This document shows, in pieces, positions 17,808-27,160 of a stretch of 64,000 bases of DNA. Below the pieces are notes generated by a model. That model saw only the letters and a list, made by a program, of their open reading frames with translations, made no database searches and was not told where the DNA came from. This DNA comes from an uncultured Rhabdochlamydiaceae bacterium. Its GTDB lineage: Bacteria > Chlamydiota > Chlamydiia > Chlamydiales > Rhabdochlamydiaceae. A program made the translations under genes and the position numbers. The stretch lies in contig CAVQHD010000001.1 in assembly GCA_963712275.1 (NCBI GenBank), positions 1,504,001 through 1,568,000 on the forward strand, in the 5' to 3' direction. The first letter of the stretch is position 1. Each line of letters opens with the position of its first letter.

Positions 17808-18497
17808 ATGGGAAAAATCGTCGGTTGTTCTGAGTTCAAGTTTCATGATCAGATTCGTGGTTTTTTTCGCTGGAGCGACGTTTTAAAGGGAAAAGCACGC
17901 ACCATTGAGTACCGTACTCATTCATTTTTTGGAGATTCTAGCTATTCAAAGCTTATTGAGCCTAAATTGTATTTTCATGCTTCTGTAAGCGCTTGGACAA
18001 CCTTTACCGGAAAATTAAGGGAGTATTGCTTACCCTGGCGTTGGAAATCAGCCTACTTGGATCCAGAAGAAAATGGCAAGCCACCTTATCGGATTCTAGT
18101 ATGCACAGCTGTCCAAGAAGGTAAATTGCCTGATGATTTAAGAAAAGTCGTTGGTAAATCATGGTTTTTGACAAATTTGACAATTAATAATCATTATAAC
18201 GAATTCCATTGGCAAGAATTTCTTGAGCTTCCAGGACAAAATGACAGCTTCAACACCATTAGAATGTCACATCCTCTAGGGGACTGTTTTGGGAATACAA
18301 CGTATGTTACTTCAGGTTCGCTTTGTCATATTTATCGCCGACGAACTCTTTTCTCAACACTGAAATATCTTTTCCTAAGACAGTTTTCAACTTCTTGGAA
18401 GGAAGTCGCTATTCAAGCAGGGAACGTATCGGAAAAAATGTTAATTCAAAAAACTGATGAGCAAGCCATCTGTAACGCCGGACTAATTCATGGATGA
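17808..18497 (+). CDS. Hypothetical protein upstream of gatC
   Basis: ATG 17808 with GGAGG RBS; overlaps the gatC start. Confidence 0.7.
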   Translation: MGKIVGCSEFKFHDQIRGFFRWSDVLKGKARTIEYRTHSFFGDSSYSKLIEPKLYFHASVSAWTTFTGKLREYCLPWRWKSAYLDPEENGKPPYRILVCTAVQEGKLPDDLRKVVGKSWFLTNLTINNHYNEFHWQEFLELPGQNDSFNTIRMSHPLGDCFGNTTYVTSGSLCHIYRRRTLFSTLKYLFLRQFSTSWKEVAIQAGNVSEKMLIQKTDEQAICNAGLIHG

Positions 18498-18774
18498 ATC
18501 GAATTTTAATAAACTGTGCCGCCTCAGCAGGATTTCTGCGACGGAAGAAGAAAAGAAGCATCTTCTTAAGAGCATCGATGATATTTTAGTCTATGTTTCT
18601 CAGCTCGAAGATGTTGATACAGAGGGCGTCATCCCTTGTTTTACCATTCATGAAACCCTCCATACCGTTACACGAGAAGATATTCCTGAAGCTCCTTTAT
18701 CTCGAGATCTTCTTCTTGCAAATGCTCCTTCCCATGTGGGTGGGATGATTCGGGTTCCCCGCGTTCTTAAATAA
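18490..18774 (+). CDS. gatC: Asp/Glu-tRNA amidotransferase subunit C
   Basis: QLEDVDTEGV, REDIP, LLANAP, IRVPRVL; precedes gatAB. Confidence 0.93.
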   Translation: MDESNFNKLCRLSRISATEEEKKHLLKSIDDILVYVSQLEDVDTEGVIPCFTIHETLHTVTREDIPEAPLSRDLLLANAPSHVGGMIRVPRVLK

Positions 18775-18782
18775 TAGGTGAA

Positions 18783-20246
18783 ATGGTGTATCAACTCTCT
18801 GCATGTGCCCTACAGGACCTGTTTCTAAAAGGCGAGGTTTCAGCTGTGCAGATTGCTGAGCAAGCGGTCAAGCGGACGGAGCATTTCGACTCAAAAGTGG
18901 GCGCTTTCCTCACTCTATTTTCTGAGCGGATAATCCAAAAAGCGCGAGAGCTTGATCAGAAGCGTGCCCGAGGTGAAAAGCTAGGAAAGCTTGCCGCCAT
19001 CCCTATCGCACTGAAGGATAATATCAATGTCTTTGGTGAAAAAACAACCTGCGGTTCCCAGTTTCTATCGAACTATACTTCCGTCTTTGATGCGACGGCT
19101 GTCCGTCTGATTGAAGAGGCAGACGGGCTCTTGATTGGGAAGACTAACATGGATGAATTTGCGATGGGGTCCTCGACTGAAAACTCCTCCTTTCATCCGA
19201 CAAAAAATCCATGGGATCTGAGCTGCTCGCCCGGAGGATCTTCAGGGGGCTCTGCCGCCGCTGTTGCTGCAAGGTTTTGCCCGCTTGCTTTAGGGAGCGA
19301 TACAGGAGGCTCGATTAGGCAGCCTGCCGCCTTTTGTGGAATTGTGGGCTTTAAACCTTCCTACGGCAGAGTCTCTAGAAACGGACTTGTCGCATTTGGA
19401 TCCTCTCTTGATCAAATGGGCCCTTTGTCAAACAACGTGATGGACGCCGCCCTTCTTTTTGACGTCATCGCCCAGCCGTGCAAATACGATTCAACCGCTA
19501 TTTCTCACCCCTCCCCTTCTGCTGTAGCTGCCTTAAAGATACCTCTTAAAGGCCTTTCAATCGGCGTCCCGTGGCATTTTCTAGAAGGGCTTGGAACTGA
19601 AGCCCAAAAAAATTTCGAGACCTCATTAGGCATCTTGAAAAGCTTGGGATGTACGATTGTCGATGTCGATCTTGACATTTTGAAATATTCGATTGCCGTC
19701 TACTACATTCTCGCCACCGCGGAAGCTTCGACAAACCTGGCAAGGTTCGATGGGATCAGATATGGCAAAAGGTCGCCCTCCGCAACGACAGTGGATGAAA
19801 TTTTCGACTTTTCCAGAGCGGAAGGGTTCGGCCAAGAAGTGAAGCGCCGGATCATGCTTGGCACCTATGTCCTTTCCGCCGGCTATCAAGATGCCTACTA
19901 TAAAAAAGCTCAAAAAGTGCGCACACTTGTGATTGAGCAGTATAAAAAAGCATTCAAAACCTGTCAGATCATTGCTACACCCACCTCTCCCTTCACTGCT
20001 TTTACTCTAGGGGAGATTCAAGATCCCCTTCAAATGTATCTCCAAGACATCTACACCGTTCCCATCAATCTTGCCGGCCTCCCAGCGATCTCTGTTCCTT
20101 CAGGCTTTTGCTTAAAAGGGCGCCCCTTTGCCCTTCATCTGACAGCCCCCTTCCTCCACGACGGTGAAGCCTTCAGATGCGGCTGGCACTTTGAAAATGC
20201 CCTTGGACTCACAGGAAAAGTTCCACCTCTCTTCGATCAAGGATAA
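18783..20246 (+). CDS. gatA: Asp/Glu-tRNA amidotransferase subunit A
   Basis: Amidase signature GGSSGGSAAAV, GSDTGGSIRQPA. Confidence 0.97.
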   Translation: MVYQLSACALQDLFLKGEVSAVQIAEQAVKRTEHFDSKVGAFLTLFSERIIQKARELDQKRARGEKLGKLAAIPIALKDNINVFGEKTTCGSQFLSNYTSVFDATAVRLIEEADGLLIGKTNMDEFAMGSSTENSSFHPTKNPWDLSCSPGGSSGGSAAAVAARFCPLALGSDTGGSIRQPAAFCGIVGFKPSYGRVSRNGLVAFGSSLDQMGPLSNNVMDAALLFDVIAQPCKYDSTAISHPSPSAVAALKIPLKGLSIGVPWHFLEGLGTEAQKNFETSLGILKSLGCTIVDVDLDILKYSIAVYYILATAEASTNLARFDGIRYGKRSPSATTVDEIFDFSRAEGFGQEVKRRIMLGTYVLSAGYQDAYYKKAQKVRTLVIEQYKKAFKTCQIIATPTSPFTAFTLGEIQDPLQMYLQDIYTVPINLAGLPAISVPSGFCLKGRPFALHLTAPFLHDGEAFRCGWHFENALGLTGKVPPLFDQG

Positions 20247-20251
20247 ACTCT

Positions 20252-21706
20252 ATGACAGACGTACATTATGAAAATTGGGAAGTGATTATCGGCCTTGAGA
20301 TTCACGTCCAGCTAAATACAAAATCGAAGATGTTTGGCTGCGAGCCGTACCATTTTGGCTCAGAGCCCAATCTCGATATTGGAGTTGTTTGCACAGGGCA
20401 GCCTGGAGCCCTTCCGGTTCTCAACAAGGAGGCCGTCCGAAAAGCGGTTCAATTTGGGTGCGCTGTGAAAGCTCAAATCGCCCCTATCAGCCGCTTTGAC
20501 CGAAAATCGTACTTCTACCCTGACAACCCCAAAAACTACCAAATCACACAGCTCGAGTATCCGATTGTCCAAGGGGGTGTGATCGTCACTGAAGTAGGAG
20601 GCGTCACAAAACACTTTCAAATCAATCGCGCCCATCTCGAAGAAGACGCCGGCATGCTGAAGCACTTTTCTACTTTCTCAGGTGTCGACTTCAACCGCGC
20701 AGGAGTGCCTCTCCTAGAGATCGTCTCAGAACCGTGCATCCACTCTCCCAAAGAGGCCTCTGCCTATGCCATGGCAACCAAAGCAATCTTAGAATACATC
20801 GGCGCCTCTGACTGCAATATGGAAGAGGGCTCTCTGCGAGTAGACGCCAACATTTCTGTCCGTCCTAAGGGAGAACAAAAATATCGGAATAAAATCGAAA
20901 TTAAAAACATGAACTCGTTTTCCAATATGGAAATCGCGCTTGAATCAGAAATTCGGCGGCAAATTCAATTTTACACAGCCCATCCCCACGAAGAAATTGC
21001 ACGGGGAACCTACCGGTTCGATCCAGAAACAGGAGGAGTGATTCACATGCGATCCAAAGAAGAGGCCGACGATTACCGGTACTTCCCTGAGCCAGATATC
21101 CCCTCTGTTGAAATCTCTGAAGCCTCTATTGAAGAGATCCGCGCTGCTCTCCCTGAGCTTCCACGTGAGCGGTACTTCCGTTACCTGAATGACCTTAAAA
21201 TTCCCGAGCAGCCTGCTTTCTTGCTCGTCAGTGATAAAAAACTCTCTGATTACTTTGAGCAAGGGTTAAAGGAATGTGCCAACCCCAAGGCGCTTGCCAA
21301 CTGGCTGACGGTCGAATTCCCTGGCCGCCTCAAAGACAAAGGAAAGAGACTCTGGGATCTTGCCATTCCAAGCTCTCACATCGCTGAGCTTGTACAGCTT
21401 ATCGACAAGCAGATTATTACAGGGAAAATTGCCAAAAGCGTTGCCGATGAGATGGTCAGTGAGCCTCTCACTCCACCCTCGGAAATTGTGCAACGAAACC
21501 GAGACTACCAACCGATTGCAGACACCGCATCCATCAAGGCACTGATCGACCAGGTTCTCAAAGCCCACCCCAACCTCATCACCGATTACAAGGCAGGCAA
21601 AAAGAAGGTCTTTGGATTTCTCATCGGCCAAGTCATGGCCCTTTGCCAAGGAAAGGCCTCTCCTGAAGTTGTCAACTCTCTCCTTTTAGAGAGAATCAAT
21701 CAATAA
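20252..21706 (+). CDS. gatB: Asp/Glu-tRNA amidotransferase subunit B
   Basis: IGLEIHVQL, RKSYFYPD, HLEEDAG, DYRYFPEPD. Confidence 0.97.
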   Translation: MTDVHYENWEVIIGLEIHVQLNTKSKMFGCEPYHFGSEPNLDIGVVCTGQPGALPVLNKEAVRKAVQFGCAVKAQIAPISRFDRKSYFYPDNPKNYQITQLEYPIVQGGVIVTEVGGVTKHFQINRAHLEEDAGMLKHFSTFSGVDFNRAGVPLLEIVSEPCIHSPKEASAYAMATKAILEYIGASDCNMEEGSLRVDANISVRPKGEQKYRNKIEIKNMNSFSNMEIALESEIRRQIQFYTAHPHEEIARGTYRFDPETGGVIHMRSKEEADDYRYFPEPDIPSVEISEASIEEIRAALPELPRERYFRYLNDLKIPEQPAFLLVSDKKLSDYFEQGLKECANPKALANWLTVEFPGRLKDKGKRLWDLAIPSSHIAELVQLIDKQIITGKIAKSVADEMVSEPLTPPSEIVQRNRDYQPIADTASIKALIDQVLKAHPNLITDYKAGKKKVFGFLIGQVMALCQGKASPEVVNSLLLERINQ

Positions 21707-21715
21707 TAGTCCCTT

Positions 21716-22681
21716 TTACGATGGTGCAGCTTCGTCGATCTTTTCACTAGAAACATCATCGCCATTCTCGAGCTCAAAAAACTCATCCTCATCATCATCG
21801 GACATCCAACGTAAGTCCTCCTGTGTAGGCGGATTTTGACGCTTGCTGCTAGTTGATAACTTTTTTTTCTCATCGGGAACAACATCCAGAAGATTTAATC
21901 GTGCGCCAGGTAGGCCATCTTTCTTCTGCTCCCCTTGCGCAGGAGTGTCTGTTTGACTAGATTCAGATGTAGTGACTGCTGTTACTGAAGAAGGAGGGCT
22001 AGAATTTGGCGACGTGCTAGGTAGAGTCTCTATCTCCTCCCGTGTTGGAGAAGAAGTCTTAGAATCCCCGTTCTCCTCTTCAATCACCTCAATCTTAGGT
22101 CTTTCTTGGCTAGATGTATAGATTTTATAAAGCGTGCAGAGATTGAAAATCGATATTGTAATGAACATCGAACGGGGGGCAGAAAAAAAGACAAGAGCCA
22201 CATTGACTACCAGCTGAAGTACTCTTGTTCCAGGATCGAGGTCCGGTTTTTTTCCTTGGTTCAATCGACCTATAGCTGCGGGGGCAGCCCCTGCAACAAC
22301 CATCATCGACCACCAACTGAACAGCCCTGCCTTAAAGGAGGTGTTTAGGATCGACTCTGACGATGTTAAGAACAAAAGGTTTGTTCTCATTGCGATCTGT
22401 TGGCACAAATGGCACGCGCTCCAAGGAAGGACCAAAATGCGAATACCGATTCGAGTGATGAGTTTAATATTCTGCGTCCATTTTGCTTCAGGATCGGCAA
22501 AATAATGAACCGTGGCATCTACAAGAGCTGCGGTAAAAAGGACAGGTTGAATATAAGGGCTGTTTCCTACAAGGGTTAACAGCATTGGAAAATGAACAGC
22601 ATACTCCGCTACTTTATGATTTATTCCCCATTGAATTGTATTAGAGGCTAAGTTTAAAATTTTTTTTGGTATTGTAATCAT
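21716..22681 (-). CDS. Multi-TM hypothetical protein with Ser/Thr-rich and acidic tail (Inc-like candidate)
   Basis: Hydrophobic N-terminal half; low-complexity C-terminal half containing SDDDEDEFFELE. Confidence 0.65.
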   Translation of the reverse strand: MITIPKKILNLASNTIQWGINHKVAEYAVHFPMLLTLVGNSPYIQPVLFTAALVDATVHYFADPEAKWTQNIKLITRIGIRILVLPWSACHLCQQIAMRTNLLFLTSSESILNTSFKAGLFSWWSMMVVAGAAPAAIGRLNQGKKPDLDPGTRVLQLVVNVALVFFSAPRSMFITISIFNLCTLYKIYTSSQERPKIEVIEEENGDSKTSSPTREEIETLPSTSPNSSPPSSVTAVTTSESSQTDTPAQGEQKKDGLPGARLNLLDVVPDEKKKLSTSSKRQNPPTQEDLRWMSDDDEDEFFELENGDDVSSEKIDEAAPS

Positions 22682-22763
22682 TGGCTAATTCTTTTTTTGG
22701 CCTTTATCATAGGCGATTAGACCTTGAAATCCAAGCAAGATTTTTCAATTTTACCGGGCAAAT

Positions 22764-23630
22764 TTACTGAGATAGGTTCCTAGGATGGAATTTTTCAAAG
22801 GATTCATGTAAATGCTTGCGGCTAATATGGGTATAACGGTCTGTCGTCGCAATATTGGCATGCCCTAAAAGCTCTTGTATGACGCGCAAGTCGGCGTTGT
22901 TTTCGAGGAGATGGGTTGCAAAAGAGTGTCGAAGGGTATGAGGCGAGACTTTTTTGGCAATCCCCGCTTTTCTAGCATACCATTTCGCCCGCTCCCAGAC
23001 CCCTATACGGCTGATCCTAGCCCCTCGCAAGGTTGTGAAGAGGGCTCCGTCCCCTTCTTTGCGAAAGTAAAGAAGAAAATGGTCTAAAGTCATGACTGCG
23101 ATAGGGGCAACTGGAACGATCCGCTCTTTCCCCCCTTTGCCTTTCACACGAACATGATCATCAGAGACATCCCCCACGTTAAGCTGGCACACTTCTGAAA
23201 CCCTTAAGCCCGCTGCATACATCAAATGAAAAAGAGCTCGATCCCGCGCACCAATAAAATCGTCTGTGGAAGGGGCTGCTAAAAATTGGGTGACTTCCTC
23301 CACTGTCATCACATCGGGGATGAGCTGCCACATTTTAGGGCTTTCTAGAAAAAGGGTTGGGTTGTGCTCCATCACTTTTTCCCGCTTTAAAAACCGAAAA
23401 AAGACCTTTACAGCGACAAGCGCTCGGCAAAGGGAGCTTGAAGCAATGCCTCGATTTTTAAGATGATCAAAGTAGGCAATCACATGTTCAGACATGAGCT
23501 CAATAAGGGGCTTGCCTTGGAGAAACTGAATAAACCCCCTTAAGTCTCTGCCATACGCTTCCAAAGTGTGCGGACTGAGTCCTTTTTCAGAACCCAAATA
23601 CATCAAAAAGTCATTTAATTCTTTTTCCAT
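22764..23630 (-). CDS. xerD: Site-specific tyrosine recombinase XerD
   Basis: GLSPHTLEAYGRDL, GLRVSE, GKGGKER, SPHTLRHSFATHLL, LGH, Y. Confidence 0.9.
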   Translation of the reverse strand: MEKELNDFLMYLGSEKGLSPHTLEAYGRDLRGFIQFLQGKPLIELMSEHVIAYFDHLKNRGIASSSLCRALVAVKVFFRFLKREKVMEHNPTLFLESPKMWQLIPDVMTVEEVTQFLAAPSTDDFIGARDRALFHLMYAAGLRVSEVCQLNVGDVSDDHVRVKGKGGKERIVPVAPIAVMTLDHFLLYFRKEGDGALFTTLRGARISRIGVWERAKWYARKAGIAKKVSPHTLRHSFATHLLENNADLRVIQELLGHANIATTDRYTHISRKHLHESFEKFHPRNLSQ

Positions 23631-23654
23631 GGAAGCACTCTAATCCAGCTTTTG

Positions 23655-23680
23655 CTTTCGTGAACGTTCCCTTGCCCGAT
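23655..23680. repeat. Partial single arm of palindrome P1
   Basis: CTTTCGTGAACGTT+CCCTTGCCCGAT equals the P1 right arm minus 12 internal nt. Confidence 0.75.
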
Positions 23681-23716
23681 TCTTCCATCTGTTGATATTA
23701 CAGAAAAAAAGGTATC

Positions 23717-24880
23717 ATGAATACAACAATGCATACTCAAAAAGTTCCACACCCGTCGTGGATTGAAATCGACCTTCGCCAGTTCAAGAAAAACATCTCC
23801 ATTCTTCGCCATTACATAGAGGGAGTTGCAAATTCTGCAACTCCCGCAGGAAGCCCTTTGTTTTGTCTGCCTGTTAAGGCAAATGCGTATGGCCATGGTC
23901 TCTGCGCCATCGGCAGAGCGGCCGAAGAGGCTGGCGTGCATTATTTGGGCGTTGCCCATCTACAAGAGGGTATTCAATTACGCCAAGCCAACATCCAAAT
24001 CCCCATCTTAGTCTTGGGAGCTATTCACGAAGAGCAAATTCTCGACCTGATTAAGTTTAACTTAGAGCTCACGATTAGCTCTAAATTAAAGGCAGACCTT
24101 GTTGCCGACAAATGCAAAAAGCTAGGAAAAAAGTGTTCCGTCCATCTAGAGGTCGATACAGGCATGCAGCGAACAGGGGTACGTCCATCGACAGCACCTG
24201 CGCTTTTTCAATATCTGAAAAATTTAAATTGCTTTGAAATCAAAGGTGTTTATTCCCATTTAGCTACCGCTGAAAAGCAGAGTGATTTATTCACACTCAA
24301 GCAAATTGACACGTTCACCTCTTTATTGAAAGATCCTGTCTTTCAGGGGACCCCTTTGATCCGCCATCTTGCCAATTCAGGAGGTACTATCTATTTTCCA
24401 GATTCTCACCTCGATATGGTCCGCCCCTCTCTGATCACCTTTGGATATCTGCCGCAGAATGCTCCCGAGCTGCTTGCTAACATTGCTCCTTGCTTTTCCC
24501 TTAAAACAAAAGTCTCCTATTTTAAGGTTGTTGAAAAAGGGCATGGGGTCAGTTATGGGCACTCTTATACGACTCCTAGACAGACACGGATTATCACTGT
24601 CCCCATTGGATATGGGGATGGATATCGACGCTCTCTCTCTAACCGCGGCTTTGTCTTGATTCGAGGAGAGCGGTTTCCTATTGTGGGAACCATTTGCATG
24701 GATCAATTCATGGTGGATGTTGGAGAGCAGGAAGTCTATGTAGGAGATGAGGTGGTTTTAATTGGTAAGCAAGGAAAGCATGAAATTACCGTCCAGGAGA
24801 TCGCAGATCTCTGCGATACCAATCCCTATGAAGTGCTCTGCTTTTTTAACGACCGATTGCCAAGAATTTATTTGAATTAG
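23717..24880 (+). CDS. alr: Alanine racemase
   Basis: VKANAYGHG PLP-lysine motif, DTGMQR, GYGDG, GTICMDQ. Confidence 0.96.
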   Translation: MNTTMHTQKVPHPSWIEIDLRQFKKNISILRHYIEGVANSATPAGSPLFCLPVKANAYGHGLCAIGRAAEEAGVHYLGVAHLQEGIQLRQANIQIPILVLGAIHEEQILDLIKFNLELTISSKLKADLVADKCKKLGKKCSVHLEVDTGMQRTGVRPSTAPALFQYLKNLNCFEIKGVYSHLATAEKQSDLFTLKQIDTFTSLLKDPVFQGTPLIRHLANSGGTIYFPDSHLDMVRPSLITFGYLPQNAPELLANIAPCFSLKTKVSYFKVVEKGHGVSYGHSYTTPRQTRIITVPIGYGDGYRRSLSNRGFVLIRGERFPIVGTICMDQFMVDVGEQEVYVGDEVVLIGKQGKHEITVQEIADLCDTNPYEVLCFFNDRLPRIYLN

Positions 24881-24927
24881 ACAGATAAAAGAATCTTGCA
24901 GTAACTTATTCATAAAAGGAGAAGCCT

Positions 24928-25035
24928 ATGTCAAAAAGTCGCGATACCAAAAAAGAAGAACGAAAAAAACCTCAGAAGAGTCTGAAAGAAAAACGGGCGC
25001 TTAAAGAGGAAAAGAAAAAATCAAGAATGGGTTAA
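24928..25035 (+). CDS. Small Lys/Glu-rich protein, 35 aa
   Basis: AAAGGAG RBS; MSKSRDTKKEERKKPQKSLKEKRALKEEKKKSRMG; too short for the ORF track. Confidence 0.6.
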   Translation: MSKSRDTKKEERKKPQKSLKEKRALKEEKKKSRMG

Positions 25036-26264
25036 TGAAATAGGAAAATCGTTTCCATTTCATCAGGAGTAAGGCTTCCATGCATTGCGTGGAAGTTTTG
25101 CTCAAAACGCCCTTTTTCATGCCACCAAATCGAATGGCTACCTTTTGCAAGAATCGCGAGATTTCCAACTCTTTCTTGAAATCGACCTGAGGGAGGGAGA
25201 GAGCCAAAGAACCCTTCGTGAATAAGCTGTGTCGTAGGACAGACCCAAGCAATTTCTTTAAGCGCGAGCTCAAGCTTGTTTTGAACCTCCATGAGCTCTG
25301 GAGGATTGACGTGGAGAAAAAAGTCGCGGCAGGATCCAGCTGGTACGAGAGCTCGGCCATCGGCTCCTTTCTTTAAAGACTTTTCAAGCTCTGGCATTTG
25401 CTCGTTCAAGTAAAAAGTGGTCTTAGGGTGAACATCGATCATCCCATGGTCTGCTGCGACAATGAGCGCTGTAGACCCTCCTACAGTAGAGAATCCTTCA
25501 AGCCCTTGAAAACACCGGTCGAGGGCTTGGATCGCTTGAGGAGATTCAAAACCGTGTCGGTGGGCTTGCGAATCGAAGTCCCCATAATACAGGTAGAAGA
25601 AACCAGGAGACTGAAGATGTTTTTCCAAAAGAGTCAATGCCTGGCACCAGTTTTTATACCCCACACAATGAGCTCCTTGAAACATCCAAGTCGAATAAAT
25701 CGAATGGGCGATCGAGCTGTGTTGAAAGACTGTACTAGGGATCTCCTGTTTTTGAAGCTCTTCAAAAAAATGAGCCTTAGGAAAAAAGCGAGCAGGGTCC
25801 ATTTTAGATGCGAGGGCTCCTCCATTTTTATCTCCTGCAAACATATAAGGCAAAGGTGCAACCACCCGATCTAAAAGAGGCTCATAGATAAACCACTCAT
25901 AGATCCCATGCTGGCTAACCTCTTGATTAGAGCAGAGGGTTGTGATGTGAGCTGCCGTCGTCGAGGGAAACTGAGAGGAGATTTTTGAGACAATCCCCTC
26001 CTTGAAAAACTGGGTTAAAAAGGGGTATCTCGATTGGTGTTTTTCTAAAAATTTCCATCCAAAGCCATCAATCAGAATAAGAATCACCCGCTCATACCGG
26101 CCCGCCTTGACACAATCTTTTGGGAGTCCTCCAGGGCCGCACCCAAAAAGAGAAAGGATGGTCTTTGGAATTTGTGAAAAACCATACGTCTCATACAGAG
26201 GTTTTAAAAATCCTGAGGGGAGGCGTGAGGCTTCGATTGCCGCAAGGGAGTTGTCATTGATCAT
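25032..26264 (-). CDS. Alkaline phosphatase superfamily / nucleotide pyrophosphatase
   Basis: LIDGFG, FPSTT, DSQAH, ADHG, HGS metal-ligand motifs. Confidence 0.9.
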   Translation of the reverse strand: MINDNSLAAIEASRLPSGFLKPLYETYGFSQIPKTILSLFGCGPGGLPKDCVKAGRYERVILILIDGFGWKFLEKHQSRYPFLTQFFKEGIVSKISSQFPSTTAAHITTLCSNQEVSQHGIYEWFIYEPLLDRVVAPLPYMFAGDKNGGALASKMDPARFFPKAHFFEELQKQEIPSTVFQHSSIAHSIYSTWMFQGAHCVGYKNWCQALTLLEKHLQSPGFFYLYYGDFDSQAHRHGFESPQAIQALDRCFQGLEGFSTVGGSTALIVAADHGMIDVHPKTTFYLNEQMPELEKSLKKGADGRALVPAGSCRDFFLHVNPPELMEVQNKLELALKEIAWVCPTTQLIHEGFFGSLPPSGRFQERVGNLAILAKGSHSIWWHEKGRFEQNFHAMHGSLTPDEMETIFLFH

Positions 26265-26348
26265 GAAAGCATTGTACCAAAATCCACATCACGATTGCTA
26301 TGGCGTTTTTCGTCAAAGTTTGGCATCATAAAGCCAGTTGAGGCACTC

Positions 26349-27089
26349 TTGAAGACATCTTGGGAAAATTCTCACCGGTGGTACGATTCGATTGTTGGAG
26401 AAAAAGGGCACTATTACCATGAGCAGATCATTCTGCCGAAAACCCTTCAGCTTTTGCAACTCAAAACCGGTGATTCCGTCCTAGACCTCGCCTGCGGGCA
26501 AGGGGTGCTTGCCAGATCGCTTCCCCAAGGCATTGACTATGTCGGCGTTGACATCTCTGCCTCCCTCATTCAAAGCGCCAAGAAACAATCGAAAGCCCCC
26601 TTCTACGTCTCTGATATTACAAAACCGCTTCAGCTCCGCCACTCCTCCTTCTCCCATGCAACACTCATCTTGGCCCTTCAAAACCTTGAGCATCCTCAGG
26701 CCGCTTTTAAAAACGCAGCCGACCATCTGAAATCCGAAGGAAAGTTTGTCATTGTGCTCAACCACCCCTGTTTCCGAATCCCTCGCCAATCTTCTTGGGG
26801 ACTCGACGAGCCCAAAAAGCTGCAATATCGGCGGGTTGATCTTTATATGAGCTCCCTTAAAATTCCCATTCAGACCCATCCCGGCCAGAAAGAAAGCTCC
26901 TCCACATGGTCTTTCCATCATCCCCTCTCTTTTTATATTCAAACATTGTCCGACACTGGATTTGTCATTGAAAAACTTGAAGAATGGGTATCGGATCGAA
27001 AAAGCACAGGCGCCGCTGCTTCCATGGAAAATCGAAGCCGCAAAGAGTTTCCGCTCTTTATGGCCCTCTCATGCCTAAAAAAATATTAA
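26349..27089 (+). CDS. Class I SAM-dependent methyltransferase
   Basis: VLDLACGQG, GVDIS, NHPCF; TTG 26349 with GAGG RBS preferred. Confidence 0.88.
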   Translation: MKTSWENSHRWYDSIVGEKGHYYHEQIILPKTLQLLQLKTGDSVLDLACGQGVLARSLPQGIDYVGVDISASLIQSAKKQSKAPFYVSDITKPLQLRHSSFSHATLILALQNLEHPQAAFKNAADHLKSEGKFVIVLNHPCFRIPRQSSWGLDEPKKLQYRRVDLYMSSLKIPIQTHPGQKESSSTWSFHHPLSFYIQTLSDTGFVIEKLEEWVSDRKSTGAAASMENRSRKEFPLFMALSCLKKY

Positions 27090-27160
27090 ATCTCTCCTAG
27101 CAGCCAGTGTACATTAAGTCGATAAAAGATTAAAATCACACCTAATTTTAGGGAGAACAC

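Noticed and set aside
22764..23630. Tyrosine recombinase as a prophage or island integrase
   Set aside because: XerD-like length and motifs, housekeeping neighbours, and no att repeats or phage genes.
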